Part shown: positions 1-10,279 of the stretch, one piece after another
How positions within the stretch are numbered: the stretch's first letter is position 1
How the letters are laid out: each line of letters opens with the position of its first letter
From: Spirochaetota bacterium
GTDB lineage: Bacteria > Spirochaetota > UBA4802 > UBA5550
NCBI GenBank assembly: GCA_963663865.1
Contig: OY760686.1
Coordinates: 2,592,001-2,656,000 of the forward strand
DNA length: 64,000 bases
Direction: 5' to 3'
Made by a program: the position numbers and the translations under genes
The notes under the pieces: model-generated
Databases searched by the model: none
What the model saw: the letters and a program-made list of their open reading frames with translations, nothing else
What the model was told of the DNA's origin: nothing

Positions 1-910
1 ACTGAGTTGACACAACCGGCACACCGCATGCCATAGCTTCAACGATCACGTTCCCAAACCCCTCCCATCTGCTTGAAAGTACAAATACTGAAGCCCTTGA
101 AAAATACTTATACGGGTTATTGACCCATCCAGGCATCATAACATCGTTAGCAAACTCTTCGGGCACCATTCTCTCAAGCTCACTCCTCATTTCGCCCTCT
201 CCAAGTATCAACAACCTGCATTTCATCTTTTTCCTGAGTTCCAAAAAAGCTCTTACCAATAACTCATGATTCTTCTGGTAGGACATTCTTCCGGCAGTTA
301 TTATTACAGGCGCCTCAGAAAAAAAACTAATTTCCCTGTCATCCAGCTTCTCATCTTTTTTTTCTTTTAGCACTTCTAAATCAACCGGATTGTATATGAC
401 ATCTATAAGCTTTTCAGAAAAGCCACTTGCAACAAGCTCACCCTTCAAACCTTTTGAAACTGCAATTATACCGTTTGACCTGCTTCCAAGTTTCTGATTA
501 AAATATTGTGATATTTTTCCACATATGCCCATGTCAGAGGTTTTTTGTAAAACGGCGTTGTGATAGGCAATGATTACCGGAATACGGATCCTGAAAAAAA
601 ACTTAATGATCAACACAACCATGTTTGATATAAATGAATGAGCAAATAGAAGATCATATTCGCCTTTTTTTATCTCCTTTTTCAACACATATATTCTTTT
701 AAAAAATCCTGTAAGTGTTTTAAGGAAACTGCGGCTTGTGGCAGATTTTAAATCAATTTTTTTTCCGTAAAAATCATGAAGGAAAAAAAAACGGAATAGC
801 GCTATCGACAAGTCATATCTTCCTGAAAGTTTTTTACTGATTATTGACAAAAGGCGTTGAATACCTCCATCTCCCATGTCAGAATAGACAAAAAGAATTT
901 TTTTTGACAT
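1..910 (-). CDS. Glycosyltransferase family 4 (GT-B fold), partial, runs off window edge
   Basis: Manual translation from ATG at 910: MSKKILFVYSDMGDGGIQRLL...; near the edge it reads SSRWEGFGNVIVEAMACGVPVVST, the GT4 EX7E motif. Absent from the ORF track because it is truncated. Confidence 0.9.
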   Translation of the reverse strand, partial: MSKKILFVYSDMGDGGIQRLLSIISKKLSGRYDLSIALFRFFFLHDFYGKKIDLKSATSRSFLKTLTGFFKRIYVLKKEIKKGEYDLLFAHSFISNMVVLIIKFFFRIRIPVIIAYHNAVLQKTSDMGICGKISQYFNQKLGSRSNGIIAVSKGLKGELVASGFSEKLIDVIYNPVDLEVLKEKKDEKLDDREISFFSEAPVIITAGRMSYQKNHELLVRAFLELRKKMKCRLLILGEGEMRSELERMVPEEFANDVMMPGWVNNPYKYFSRASVFVLSSRWEGFGNVIVEAMACGVPVVSTQ

Positions 911-1174
911 TGATATCCAGTCCAGCGATCAGATAAGTTTTTAATCGATTATTTTTTCTTAATTCTGATATTTTGAAAAATCGTAATCAATTCACGCATA
1001 TATAAAATTATATTGCAAAAACCTGTCAACACTAATACACAGTTGCCATCTTTTATCAGAGATTAAACGGTACTCCCTTCTGAATTATTAACGACAAATA
1101 TTTAACATTTATTTCCTCTGCACAATCAATATTTACGATATTCTATAATATCATCTTTATACACAAATAGTAAC

Positions 1175-1203
1175 TTGACATTCAACTGACTCAATAATAG
1201 CAT
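1175..1203 (+). promoter_or_regulatory. Putative sigma70 promoter for the OM barrel gene
   Basis: TTGACA-N17-TAGCAT in an AT-rich intergenic region. Confidence 0.45.
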
Positions 1204-1264
1204 ATATATATATATATTTTATAATATATTATATTTATTATAAATAGATCATCGGAGCTTGCAA

Positions 1265-1912
1265 ATGAAGAGATCTTTTATTCTAATACTATTTTTAAAA
1301 TTTATCTGTTCAAATCTTTATTCTCAGGATTCATCTAAAGACAACCATAAGTATTATTTTGAATTAAGTTCAGGTTATGGATATATGAACGCAGACGGAG
1401 TAGACGCAAAAGGCCCTGCTGGTTCCAGTTCCAGATTCAACCCCACATCAGCCGACGGAGGAGCATCATCCTTTTCAGCATTTTTAGGAATCCAAATGAA
1501 AAGTTTTTATTATATCGGCTTTAGGATTACCTGTACTGATTTCAAGAGTAGTAACACTATAGCATCGGAAACATCAAAATATACCATAGACTATGCCTAT
1601 AAACTGTATTCATTTGATTTTGCCCTCATAAACTTCAATTTTGATTCTGGCATTTATCTCAAAAGCGGATTAGGCGCAACAAGAGCAATAGACACAGAAG
1701 CATATGATGAAAACTCAGGCATGATGTCTTCAGTATTTTTTGAAGCTGGGTATAAATACTTTATAACAGACAATATTGCCATTGGCGTGGCATACTGTTT
1801 CGATTACAAATATGGTGGATATGACGGTTCCTGCGACTGTTATGAGTGTTCTCCATTTATTGACGATGCAACCATAAACTCACTGAAGCTGAACATCACA
1901 TATTCATTTTGA
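1265..1912 (+). CDS. Outer-membrane beta-barrel protein (OmpA/OmpW-like 8-strand type)
   Basis: Signal peptide, alternating aromatic beta-strands, C-terminal LNITYSF BAM signal; likely start ATG 1265. Confidence 0.7.
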   Translation: MKRSFILILFLKFICSNLYSQDSSKDNHKYYFELSSGYGYMNADGVDAKGPAGSSSRFNPTSADGGASSFSAFLGIQMKSFYYIGFRITCTDFKSSNTIASETSKYTIDYAYKLYSFDFALINFNFDSGIYLKSGLGATRAIDTEAYDENSGMMSSVFFEAGYKYFITDNIAIGVAYCFDYKYGGYDGSCDCYECSPFIDDATINSLKLNITYSF

Positions 1913-1937
1913 CTCCCTTCTGAGACAAACACTTACC

Positions 1938-3215
1938 TCAATACCTCTCCGGCCACAGCCTCTTGAGCCTCTCGGCTATGGCCTTCTCGCTGCCTTCCTC
2001 GCCCGGGCGGTAGAACACCTCGCCTCTGACCTCTTCCGGCAAGTAGTCCTCTTTCACGAAGTGGCCGTCAAAGTCGTGCGGATACTTATAGCCCTTGTGG
2101 TATCCCATGTTCTTCATCAGCTTTGTGGGCGCGTTTCTTATGTGCATCGGCACCTCGCCGTCGCCTTTCGCGGCGCGGGCCTTCGCGGCGTTTATACCCA
2201 TGTAAGAGGCATTGCTCTTGGGACAGGAAGCCAGAAAAGCAGCGCATTGACCCAGAACAATCTCGGCCTCGGGAAGCCCGATGTTTTTAACCGCGGTGTA
2301 CGTTGAAACGGCAAGATTCAGGGCCGCGGGCGAGGCGTTGCCGATGTCCTCAGACGCGAGAATAACCATGCGCCTCGCAATAAAGAGAGGGTCCTCGCCA
2401 GCCAGAATCATTCTCGCCATGTAAAAGAGGGCCGCGTCAGGGTCTGAACCGCGAAGCGACTTGATAAAAGCGGATATTGTGTCATAATGTTTATCGCCGC
2501 TCTTGTCGTAATAGAGCATCGAGTTTTTAACCGCTTCCTCGATGTTGTCAGCCGTAATGGCGCTTCCGTCTGAAACGGACCAGGCGGTCTCAAGAATATT
2601 GAGCATCCTTCTGGCGTCACCACCGGCAAGCGAGGTGAGCGTCTTTTTGATCCCATCCTCAAACTCAACCGCGGAATCCTTAAAAAGTATATCGCGTTCA
2701 AGCGCCATGTCAAGAATGCGTCCAAGCTCCTCTTCAGAGAGCCTGTTGAGCCTTACGACCCTCGTACGCGACAAAAGCGGAGATATAACGCTGAACGACG
2801 GGTTCTCAGTGGTAGCTCCGATAAGAACAATGTCTCCCGACTCCACGGCGCCGAGCACCGCGTCCTGCTGGGCCTTGTTAAAACGGTGAATCTCGTCTAT
2901 GAACAGCAGAGTCTGCTTCCCGTACATACGGTTATCACGGCCCTTCTCTATAACCTTGCGGACATCAGCGACGCCCGCCGATATAGCGCTCAGAGAGTAG
3001 TACTCCATTGAGCACGACCCCGCGATAAGCCCGGCAAGAGTAGTCTTTCCCGTCCCTGGCTCTCCCCACAGAATCAGCGAGTAGGGCTTCTTCGTTTCGA
3101 TGACTGTCCTGACTATCTTGCCTTGCGACATGACATGCCCCTGGCCGATGAACTCATCAATTGAAGCCGGCCGGCACCGTTCTGCAAGAGGACTCAGGTC
3201 TTCAGATCTCTGCAT
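1938..3215 (-). CDS. rarA: Replication-associated recombination protein A (AAA+ ATPase, MgsA/RarA)
   Basis: PLAERCRP, Walker A GEPGTGKT, FIDEIHRFNKAQQD, SAFIKSLRGSDPDA, GYKYPHD. Confidence 0.97.
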   Translation of the reverse strand: MQRSEDLSPLAERCRPASIDEFIGQGHVMSQGKIVRTVIETKKPYSLILWGEPGTGKTTLAGLIAGSCSMEYYSLSAISAGVADVRKVIEKGRDNRMYGKQTLLFIDEIHRFNKAQQDAVLGAVESGDIVLIGATTENPSFSVISPLLSRTRVVRLNRLSEEELGRILDMALERDILFKDSAVEFEDGIKKTLTSLAGGDARRMLNILETAWSVSDGSAITADNIEEAVKNSMLYYDKSGDKHYDTISAFIKSLRGSDPDAALFYMARMILAGEDPLFIARRMVILASEDIGNASPAALNLAVSTYTAVKNIGLPEAEIVLGQCAAFLASCPKSNASYMGINAAKARAAKGDGEVPMHIRNAPTKLMKNMGYHKGYKYPHDFDGHFVKEDYLPEEVRGEVFYRPGEEGSEKAIAERLKRLWPERY

Positions 3216-3242
3216 AGGAAAAACTCCCAAAAGGAATAGCGC

Positions 3243-3273
3243 AAAAAAAAGACGGCAAAAATTGCCGCCTTTT
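3243..3273 (-). terminator. Intrinsic terminator after rpsU
   Basis: AGGCGGCAA-TTT-TTGCCGTCT hairpin followed by a T run on the minus strand. Confidence 0.7.
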
Positions 3274-3305
3274 CGGTACAGCCGGCAACTAACGCCGGAT
3301 TTTGA

Positions 3306-3539
3306 TCAGGACTTTTTGCCCCTGTTCTGCTGAGCAGCCATTCTGCGTATTTTCTTGAGTCTGCGTCGCTCTGCTTCTTCGCGCTTTCTCTTTTTCTCTA
3401 CGCTCGGCTTTTCGTAGTACCTTCTTCTTTTGAGCTCTTTGAAAATACCTTCGAAAGCCATCTTTTTCTTAAGATTCTTAAACGCTTTCTCAATATCGCC
3501 GCTGACCTCAACCTCTAAAGGGCTCGTCATGAACATCAC
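3306..3539 (-). CDS. rpsU: 30S ribosomal protein S21
   Basis: EGIFKELKRRRYYEKPSVEKKRK motif; exact start uncertain (3539/3536/3530). Confidence 0.95.
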   Translation of the reverse strand: MMFMTSPLEVEVSGDIEKAFKNLKKKMAFEGIFKELKRRRYYEKPSVEKKRKREEAERRRLKKIRRMAAQQNRGKKS

Positions 3540-3617
3540 ATCCTTTTTATAATATTTTTGACATTAGACAACTCACTGTCCATATCTGTCAACCCATTAA
3601 TATCACGGCTTTATGAC

Positions 3618-3699
3618 GGGCGTCTCCCCGGCAGAGCCGGGGCCGCGCTTTCGCCTTAAAAACCCCATGACGGGGTTTCCGGCTCAATCGCTGACGCTC
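3618..3699. repeat. GC-rich multi-hairpin intergenic element (REP-like)
   Basis: CCCCGGC-AGA-GCCGGGG and AAACCCC-ATGAC-GGGGTTT hairpins enclosed by GGGCGTC/GACGCTC. Confidence 0.45.
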
Positions 3700-3804
3700 A
3701 GCATATTGAAAATCCTGCCAGATACTCTTTACAGATTTATTTTATTGACTAAAAATCGCAAAAAGATTTAAGCTAAATAAAACCAGTATGACAGACGGAC
3801 AATA

Positions 3805-4986
3805 ATGAACATAAAAAACTCAATAACCTCATCAGCTAAAACTCTCACCAAGAACAAGATGCGTTCAGGCCTGACAAGCATAGGAATCATAATAGGAGTC
3901 TCATCTGTAATTGTAATGATAGGCCTCGGCAGCAGCGCGCAGATTGCGGTGCGCGACAAGGTCTGGAGCTACGGCGCCAACGCCATGTCCATAACAGCGA
4001 AGCCGTACCAGTTCATGCCTAACGACATCAATGTATTCCTCAAAACCTTTCCTCAGATAAAATACATTTCGCCTGTATGCTTCGAACGCAACATAGCAGT
4101 CAGATACAAACAGAACAAGCAGAGGGCCAGGCTCTTCGGCGTTGACAATGACTTTTTCGCAATCAAAGAACGAAAGGTCACCATGGGCAGACAGTTCTCT
4201 TCGGACGAGGTTAGAAGAAACGCCAAGGTTGCAATTGTGGGTTCAAACATCGTCCGGGAGCTGTTCGCGGGTGTCAATCCCATCGAAAAGCAAATCGTAA
4301 TCAACGACGTACCCTACAAGGTCATAGGCATTCTGGAAGAGATGGGCGAATCCTTCACCGGAAACGACTACGATAATGAGATAATAGTCCCCTTCACCAC
4401 CGCTAACGCTAAGATATGGAACCGCTTAACCATTCCCGAGTTCTACGTCTCTGTCCGCAGCGAGAACCAGATAATGGATACCAAAAAGCAGATTCACGCC
4501 TATCTCAGGCAGAAGTACCATGTACCCGACAGCCGCGATGACGACTTCAAAGTTGTCACCAGCGCGGAGAAGCTCAAGATGGCAGACGACATATCAGGCG
4601 CGTTGAGCATTCTGCTTGCCGGAATCGCTTCGATCTCGCTTTTCGTCGGAGGAGTGGGCATCATGAACATCATGCTCGTCTCAGTAACCGAAAGAACGCG
4701 TGAAATCGGAATACGCATGGCCATAGGTGCCAAGAGGCGCGACATACTGATGCAGTTTCTTGTTGAGTCGGTAATGCTCAGCTCAGGCGGGGGCATAGTC
4801 GGAATCACAATAGGCCTCGGAGTCTACTACGGCATAACTGTTATGGTAGAGTGGCCCTTCATCTTCTCGGTGTTTTCGGTATTCATATCGGTAGTCTTCG
4901 CGAGCGGGGTTGGCATGTTCTTCGGCTACTACCCGGCAAAGAAGGCCTCCGGGCTCAAACCGATTGACGCCCTCAAGTTCGAGTAG
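3805..4986 (+). CDS. MacB/FtsX-family ABC transporter permease (no fused ATPase)
   Basis: MRSGLTSIGIIIGVSSV N-terminal TM, periplasmic domain, GGVGIMNIMLVSVTERTREIGIRMAIGA, PIDALKFE. Confidence 0.93.
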   Translation: MNIKNSITSSAKTLTKNKMRSGLTSIGIIIGVSSVIVMIGLGSSAQIAVRDKVWSYGANAMSITAKPYQFMPNDINVFLKTFPQIKYISPVCFERNIAVRYKQNKQRARLFGVDNDFFAIKERKVTMGRQFSSDEVRRNAKVAIVGSNIVRELFAGVNPIEKQIVINDVPYKVIGILEEMGESFTGNDYDNEIIVPFTTANAKIWNRLTIPEFYVSVRSENQIMDTKKQIHAYLRQKYHVPDSRDDDFKVVTSAEKLKMADDISGALSILLAGIASISLFVGGVGIMNIMLVSVTERTREIGIRMAIGAKRRDILMQFLVESVMLSSGGGIVGITIGLGVYYGITVMVEWPFIFSVFSVFISVVFASGVGMFFGYYPAKKASGLKPIDALKFE

Positions 4987-4995
4987 GCGCCCGGC

Positions 4996-6405
4996 CTAAA
5001 AGCCGAGCGCACCGATCTCTGAACGCACAAGAGCAATCTGTCTGCTTACCTCTTCTGAGGCTGTGCTGCCTGCAGAGAGCTTCCTCTCGGTTGACTCCTC
5101 CGGGCTCAAAATTCCGGCGGCGTCTGCTTCAAAGGCGTCAGAAAATTCAGCCAGCTTATCTATTGTCAGAGTGAAAAAGTCAGCTCCCGTTTCCTCGCAG
5201 TGTTTCACAAGGCTGCCCACAATTTCATGTGACTTTCTAAACGGCACACCTTTTCGGGCAAGATAGTCAGCAAGGTCAGTCGCGGTTGAGAAGTTCTTAT
5301 AGACGGCCTTTTTCATATTTTCACGGTTTACAGTAACGTTTTTAAGCATTTCAGTCATTCCCTCAAGTGACAGCTTGACTGTGTCAACCGAGTCGAAGAG
5401 AGGTTCCTTGTCTTCCTGCATATCCCTGTTATAGGTCATTGGAAGCCCTTTTAATATTGTAAGCATTGCCGTAAGATTGCCGTTCAGCCTTCCCGTCTTG
5501 CCGCGTATCAGCTCGGCCAGGTCGGGATTGCGCTTCTGCGGCATAATCGACGATCCCGTAGTAACACTGTCAGCAAGCCTGATGAACGAAAATTCTGACG
5601 ACGACCAGAGGATAATATCCTCACACAGACGTGAAAGATGGGTTCCCAGAACCGAAGCAAAATAGAGATAGTCGAGAATAAAGTCGCGGTCGCTTACAGC
5701 GTCCATTGAGTTCATCATGATTTCGGAAAAGCCGAGTTCCTGCCTTAAAAACTCCCTGTCAGTGGGGTAATTTACACCCGCCATGGCTCCGGCCCCAAGC
5801 GGCATCTTCATGGCCGCTTTTTGCGCGGCGGCGAGCCTGTCAGTGTCCCTCAGAAACTTCCACGAATACGCAAGCAGATGATGGCTGAAACGGACCGGCT
5901 GCGCGACCTGCATATGTGTATAACCAGGCATAATAGCATCGGTATTTTTTTCAGCGAGTTCAACCAGAGCCTCAATGAGCCCCTTCAAGAGAGCTCCCGT
6001 TTCAGCGGTTTCATCACGCAGATAGAGGCGCATATCGACGGCAACCTGATCGTTTCGGGACCGTGCGGTATGGAGTTTTCTTCCGGCGTCACCAATCTCT
6101 TCGGTCAGCCTTGATTCAATGTTCATGTGGATATCTTCAAGTGAAGAGGAAAATACGAACTCGCCGTCTTCAATCTGCGCTTTAATTTTGGCAAGGCCCG
6201 TCCGGATATCTTCCAGTTCGCTGTCCGAAAGAATTCCTATACGGTTGAGCATCGAAGCGTGAGCAAGCGAACCTCTTATATCCTGGCCGTACAGGCGTTT
6301 GTCATAGTGAATAGAGGCCGACAGCCTCTCCGTAATACCTGATGACGCGGCGGCAAAGCGTCCGCCCCATAGTTTGCCGGATTTGTTTTTGTTGTCAGCA
6401 GACAT
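4996..6405 (-). CDS. argH: Argininosuccinate lyase
   Basis: KLWGGRF, HTARSRNDQ, GSSIMPQKRNPD. Confidence 0.98.
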   Translation of the reverse strand: MSADNKNKSGKLWGGRFAAASSGITERLSASIHYDKRLYGQDIRGSLAHASMLNRIGILSDSELEDIRTGLAKIKAQIEDGEFVFSSSLEDIHMNIESRLTEEIGDAGRKLHTARSRNDQVAVDMRLYLRDETAETGALLKGLIEALVELAEKNTDAIMPGYTHMQVAQPVRFSHHLLAYSWKFLRDTDRLAAAQKAAMKMPLGAGAMAGVNYPTDREFLRQELGFSEIMMNSMDAVSDRDFILDYLYFASVLGTHLSRLCEDIILWSSSEFSFIRLADSVTTGSSIMPQKRNPDLAELIRGKTGRLNGNLTAMLTILKGLPMTYNRDMQEDKEPLFDSVDTVKLSLEGMTEMLKNVTVNRENMKKAVYKNFSTATDLADYLARKGVPFRKSHEIVGSLVKHCEETGADFFTLTIDKLAEFSDAFEADAAGILSPEESTERKLSAGSTASEEVSRQIALVRSEIGALGF

Positions 6406-6489
6406 AATAGCCTCTCGAATACAGGTTATGGAACCGCGGCGCGGCGGTTCGTAACATAGAGAATTCCATCAAACTTCACGTCAAGGGGA

Positions 6490-7494
6490 TTACTGCTTAA
6501 TGTCGACTTTTGAAAGCAGAATGTCAATATACGCTGACAGATCCGAGAGGGCCTCGCGTATCTCATATTCGAGAATATCGGCAAGGCTTATCATGTCGCT
6601 GTTTTCCATAGCCTCAATAACTGAGTTGAGCATGTCCTGAATCGTACGGTTCTTATCCTCAAGCGTAACGCCGTCAATTTCGATATCAGAGAGCTGAATT
6701 CCAAAAACGGGCACAAACTGGCTGCTTGACCTCGTAAAGTTAAATATAAACTCGATGAAGCCGTTAAGCTTTTCAACAGCTTCAGCGTCCTTCCCGGCCT
6801 GAAGCGCCGCAGCAATCTGTTCAATATTTTCAAGCTCGCCCTCAAGGCTGTTCGATATCGACGCCATCGACTCCATCAGAACGTCCGGAGAGTCGATGCT
6901 TCTGAGAATGAGCGACCTCATTTCGCCGCTTATCAGTATATGCCTCAGAAAATCGCGAATCTCCGAAAAGAGCCCGATGTCCCTGGAAAGCTTTGTCCTG
7001 AAGTCATCTTCTGAGCTGACACCCGCAAGTGAGTCTCTGAGCCCTCTCAGCTCATCAAGGTACCTTGAAACCGGCACATCCTTCACCCGGAACATCTCGG
7101 GGTCAATCCCGAGCAGATTAAGGGTCGACCGCATTACATCGCTCACCCAGTCTATTCCGGACGCCAGGTCGCGCGCTGTCTCAAGGCCGCTTCCTGCTCC
7201 TTCGGCTATTCTTCCGGCAAATTGTGATATCCTGTCGCAGTAGCGCCCGGCCTCCTGAAGCGCTGAGATCACAACATCAGCCCTTGACCGCAGCTGGCAG
7301 TTGAGAGTGTCAACATTCTCAATGATCTCTACAGGTGAATCGTCGGGCATATACTCCTTTCCGTCAACGCTGTATCCGGAAAGAACGAGATCCCTCTGGC
7401 CGGCCCATTTAGTAATGGAATCCACCACAGCTGCCACGGTTATCTCCTCATCCAGCTCAAAATCCACCGGATGTCCGTTTATCTGTACTTTCAT
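6490..7494 (-). CDS. Hypothetical helical protein downstream of fliD
   Basis: 334-aa ORF 12 nt after fliD; ends with a DMISLADILEYEI segment of the kind seen in flagellar-locus hypotheticals. Confidence 0.75.
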   Translation of the reverse strand: MKVQINGHPVDFELDEEITVAAVVDSITKWAGQRDLVLSGYSVDGKEYMPDDSPVEIIENVDTLNCQLRSRADVVISALQEAGRYCDRISQFAGRIAEGAGSGLETARDLASGIDWVSDVMRSTLNLLGIDPEMFRVKDVPVSRYLDELRGLRDSLAGVSSEDDFRTKLSRDIGLFSEIRDFLRHILISGEMRSLILRSIDSPDVLMESMASISNSLEGELENIEQIAAALQAGKDAEAVEKLNGFIEFIFNFTRSSSQFVPVFGIQLSDIEIDGVTLEDKNRTIQDMLNSVIEAMENSDMISLADILEYEIREALSDLSAYIDILLSKVDIKQ

Positions 7495-7506
7495 CTCAAT
7501 ATCCCT

Positions 7507-9534
7507 TTACTTTGAATTTCCTCCTGAATTACCCATCTGCTGGTTCATCCAGTTCTTCTGCGAATTCGCTCCCGATATGGCCCTTTCCATCGCGCCAAAC
7601 TTGGCCCGCAGCTTCGCTTCATGTTTTTTCAGGTGGTCCTCGTGGCGCGCGATCCTTTCGTTCGAGATTCTTATGTTTTCGTTCTCAAGGTCAATCTTGC
7701 TTGATATTACATTTCTTCCAAAGCCCACATAGGCCTTCAGCATTTCCTCAAGCGCGTACGCCATGCCTGAATCAATTCTTGTATCAGCGTCGGTGTCCGA
7801 TCCGAAAAACAGCTTAACACCCTCCGGATTTTCAACAATGACCTTCTTGAGCTCGGCCTCATCCACGACAAGTTTACCTGTTTTTATAGTCTCCCATGCC
7901 GCGTTTACCTTACCCGTTGAAACGCCGATTTGCGGAAGAATTTTTATCTGCCTGTCAGCGCTGTTCGGATAGGCCCCGTTGACTATTCTTTTTACTGTGC
8001 TTTCAATTCTGATAACCGACATATCAGATGAAAAAATTCCGCGCTCCGAATTGCCCTGGCTCTTACTCTCACCGGGCTTCGAGACTTCTTCTGTCTTTAC
8101 AAGCTGCCTGTTAAGGTCAATGTACTTGTTATAGGCTTCGACAAATTTTTTAATTTTATCAATCGATTTCTCAGCATCCGCCTCAATCTTTACATCAACG
8201 GGTCTCTCAGACGCCTGCCTGAGGTTCATTGTAACACCCTTGATGATGTCGTTCAGATCGCTGTTTCTGTCCCTTTTAATCTCAATGCCGTCAAGTTTGA
8301 CAACCGCATCCTCAGCCGGAGCTATCTGATTCTTGATCTCATAGGTCTTGTCATCCTTAACGGGGGTTGATATAGCGGCATTAGAAAATACTGACTTCCC
8401 CTTGTTGGAGTAAAAGAAGACACGCGATATCTTTCTGCCTTCAAAGTCAGCTCCGATTGGCATCTGCTGCCGTCCCTCAGCTTTTTCGTCTATAATATAT
8501 CTCTTCTCGTTTCTGACACCGGCTTCATCAGTGTAGACGACTCCGACACCGGCCGCGCTGTCATACTCCTTCTCAGGGGGTTTCTTTTCCTCTTCTCTGA
8601 TCCGTGAAACATTATATCCCTTTAGTTCAATGCCCTTGACTACAATGCGCTCATCCGGGCCCATTATCACCCTCGAAGGAACAGGCTCATCCTTTTTCTC
8701 TTCAACAGGGCGTTTGAAGTCAAATGCCAGAACCGTGTCCTTTTTCACGTCGGCCTGAACAGGCAGAGCGTACTCCTGCCACAGCATCCCGTCAATAGTC
8801 ACTGACTTTCCGTCCTCTGAAACGGCAAGGCTCCCGTCCTGGCCCTCACCCGCAACCGAGCCGGCATATGGCGAAAAATACCTTCTGTCAAAGATGAGCC
8901 CGGCTGTCTTCTGGTCAGTAATTTTCTCGCCGGATGCAAGCCCGATCTCCCTTAGAAAGCCGAGATCACCCTCAACTCCAATTTTGCCCTTTACCCCCTG
9001 AACTTTTGACTCAATGGAAAGGACAAACTTATCTCCGCCGATTCTAATTACAGAGGTGGAAACCGACTCGCCCGCCACCTCGTCTATCCTGTCCTTCAGC
9101 GACGTAATTTTTCCGCCCTTGAACTTTATGCTGTGCTCTTCGCCGTTCACTTTCAGAACAATCTTTCCGGCCTTGAGCTTCCTGTCTTCTTCTATTTGAT
9201 CGGTGGTAATCTTGTGAGTAGAGGCAAGTTTAACGACTTCAACCTTTCTTATACCCGGGTCAGCAAGCTTAGAAGCTGTCACCTCAAGCACTGACGTATC
9301 GCTTGAAATCGCCTTCTTCTCGTCGTAAGAAGCCCTGAAACCGTAAAGGTCGCGGGCCGAATCGCTGAGCTCTTTCAGGCTGTCATTAAGGAAACCAAGG
9401 GCCTTCTTCCTGTCATTGCTCTCAGCAATTTCATATTGGAGTTTTTTAATAGGGCGGGCCTCAACCTCCATCAGTTTGGTGATTATGGCATCTGTATCCA
9501 TGCCAGAGGCTACACCGCCGATTGAAACAGGCAT
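7507..9534 (-). CDS. fliD: Flagellar filament cap protein FliD (large, with central insertion)
   Basis: GGVASGMDTDAIITKLMEVE N-terminus; C-terminal coiled coil KFGAMERAI; follows flaG. Confidence 0.96.
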   Translation of the reverse strand: MPVSIGGVASGMDTDAIITKLMEVEARPIKKLQYEIAESNDRKKALGFLNDSLKELSDSARDLYGFRASYDEKKAISSDTSVLEVTASKLADPGIRKVEVVKLASTHKITTDQIEEDRKLKAGKIVLKVNGEEHSIKFKGGKITSLKDRIDEVAGESVSTSVIRIGGDKFVLSIESKVQGVKGKIGVEGDLGFLREIGLASGEKITDQKTAGLIFDRRYFSPYAGSVAGEGQDGSLAVSEDGKSVTIDGMLWQEYALPVQADVKKDTVLAFDFKRPVEEKKDEPVPSRVIMGPDERIVVKGIELKGYNVSRIREEEKKPPEKEYDSAAGVGVVYTDEAGVRNEKRYIIDEKAEGRQQMPIGADFEGRKISRVFFYSNKGKSVFSNAAISTPVKDDKTYEIKNQIAPAEDAVVKLDGIEIKRDRNSDLNDIIKGVTMNLRQASERPVDVKIEADAEKSIDKIKKFVEAYNKYIDLNRQLVKTEEVSKPGESKSQGNSERGIFSSDMSVIRIESTVKRIVNGAYPNSADRQIKILPQIGVSTGKVNAAWETIKTGKLVVDEAELKKVIVENPEGVKLFFGSDTDADTRIDSGMAYALEEMLKAYVGFGRNVISSKIDLENENIRISNERIARHEDHLKKHEAKLRAKFGAMERAISGANSQKNWMNQQMGNSGGNSK

Positions 9535-9724
9535 TTTACTCCTCCAGAGCAGCTTATTACATTAAGATAACCCTACACACACTTATCGTCAAATCCGCCG
9601 ATTAAAAACAGCACTTTAAGGAGACATAAATGCTTTTTTTCAGGGGGGATATCGGCCTATTTCAAACCGATGTTCAAGGTCTACGGCCCCGGCTTCAGCC
9701 AGCTGCCGGTAATTGACAGCCCTG

Positions 9725-9780
9725 AAAAACAAAAGACCGCTAAGGCTCACAAAATCTGTTTGTGAACTTTAGCGGTCTTT
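9725..9780 (-). terminator. Long hairpin/terminator between flaG and fliD
   Basis: AAAGACCGCTAA/TTAGCGGTCTTT outer stem plus TCACAAA/TTTGTGA inner stem, followed by T-rich tail on minus strand. Confidence 0.7.
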
Positions 9781-9827
9781 CGAAGACATGTCTGTTCCTC
9801 CGGACTCAGAAAATCCGGATAAGCAGT

Positions 9828-10160
9828 TTATCTTGACTCATCCACCAGCATTCCAATATAGTCCTGAATGCTTTCAAGAAGCTTAACGGCGTCCTTTGCC
9901 GGAATCTCCCTGACGACCTCGGATGTCTCCGTGTCTATAATCTTCATGATAACGCTGTTAGCCTTGTCGTTATACGTAAAGCTGATCCTGTCATTGTAGC
10001 TTTTTACTGAACGATTCAGCGTCTCGACTACCGCGGCAACATCACCACTGGCTGAAGAATGCTTTCCATCCTCAGAACCGCTATGGTGATGAGCGTTTTC
10101 ATGATGCCCGTTGTAGACCTTAATTCTGTCTACAGTATCCAGTATACCAGTGATATTCAT
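9828..10160 (-). CDS. flaG: Flagellar protein FlaG
   Basis: ISFTYNDKANSVIMKIIDTETSEVVREIP...GMLVDE signature; between flagellin and fliD. Confidence 0.95.
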   Translation of the reverse strand: MNITGILDTVDRIKVYNGHHENAHHHSGSEDGKHSSASGDVAAVVETLNRSVKSYNDRISFTYNDKANSVIMKIIDTETSEVVREIPAKDAVKLLESIQDYIGMLVDESR

Positions 10161-10164
10161 GATG

Positions 10165-10178
10165 CAACCTCCTTGTTG
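10165..10178 (-). promoter_or_regulatory. CsrA-type site overlapping the flaG Shine-Dalgarno
   Basis: CAAC-AAGGAG-GTTG hairpin contains ACAAGGAGGT, matching the ACANGGANGU consensus. Confidence 0.6.
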
Positions 10179-10189
10179 TATCCCTCCTC

Positions 10190-10237
10190 AAAAAAGAAAA
10201 AGATTCCCCTTTCCGCTCTCCCAAGCGGAAAGGGGGA
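10190..10237 (-). terminator. Intrinsic terminator after the second flagellin
   Basis: CCCCTTTCCGCT-TGGGAG-AGCGGAAAGGGG hairpin followed by AATCTTTTTCTTTTTT. Confidence 0.8.
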
Positions 10238-10279
10238 CGGAGCATGCCGCACTGCATGAGCATCTCCCTAAACCGGTCC

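Noticed and set aside
783-791. A9 tract in the glycosyltransferase as a contingency locus
   Set aside because: The frame is intact and A/T runs are common throughout this AT-rich gene.
1202-1217. (AT)n microsatellite as a phase-variation tract
   Set aside because: Sits in very AT-rich DNA downstream of the putative -10; no evidence of variability.
9583-9590. sigma28 -10 (GACGATAA) upstream of fliD
   Set aside because: Plausible by context, but no TAAA-like -35 at 15-16 bp, so it was not called as a feature.
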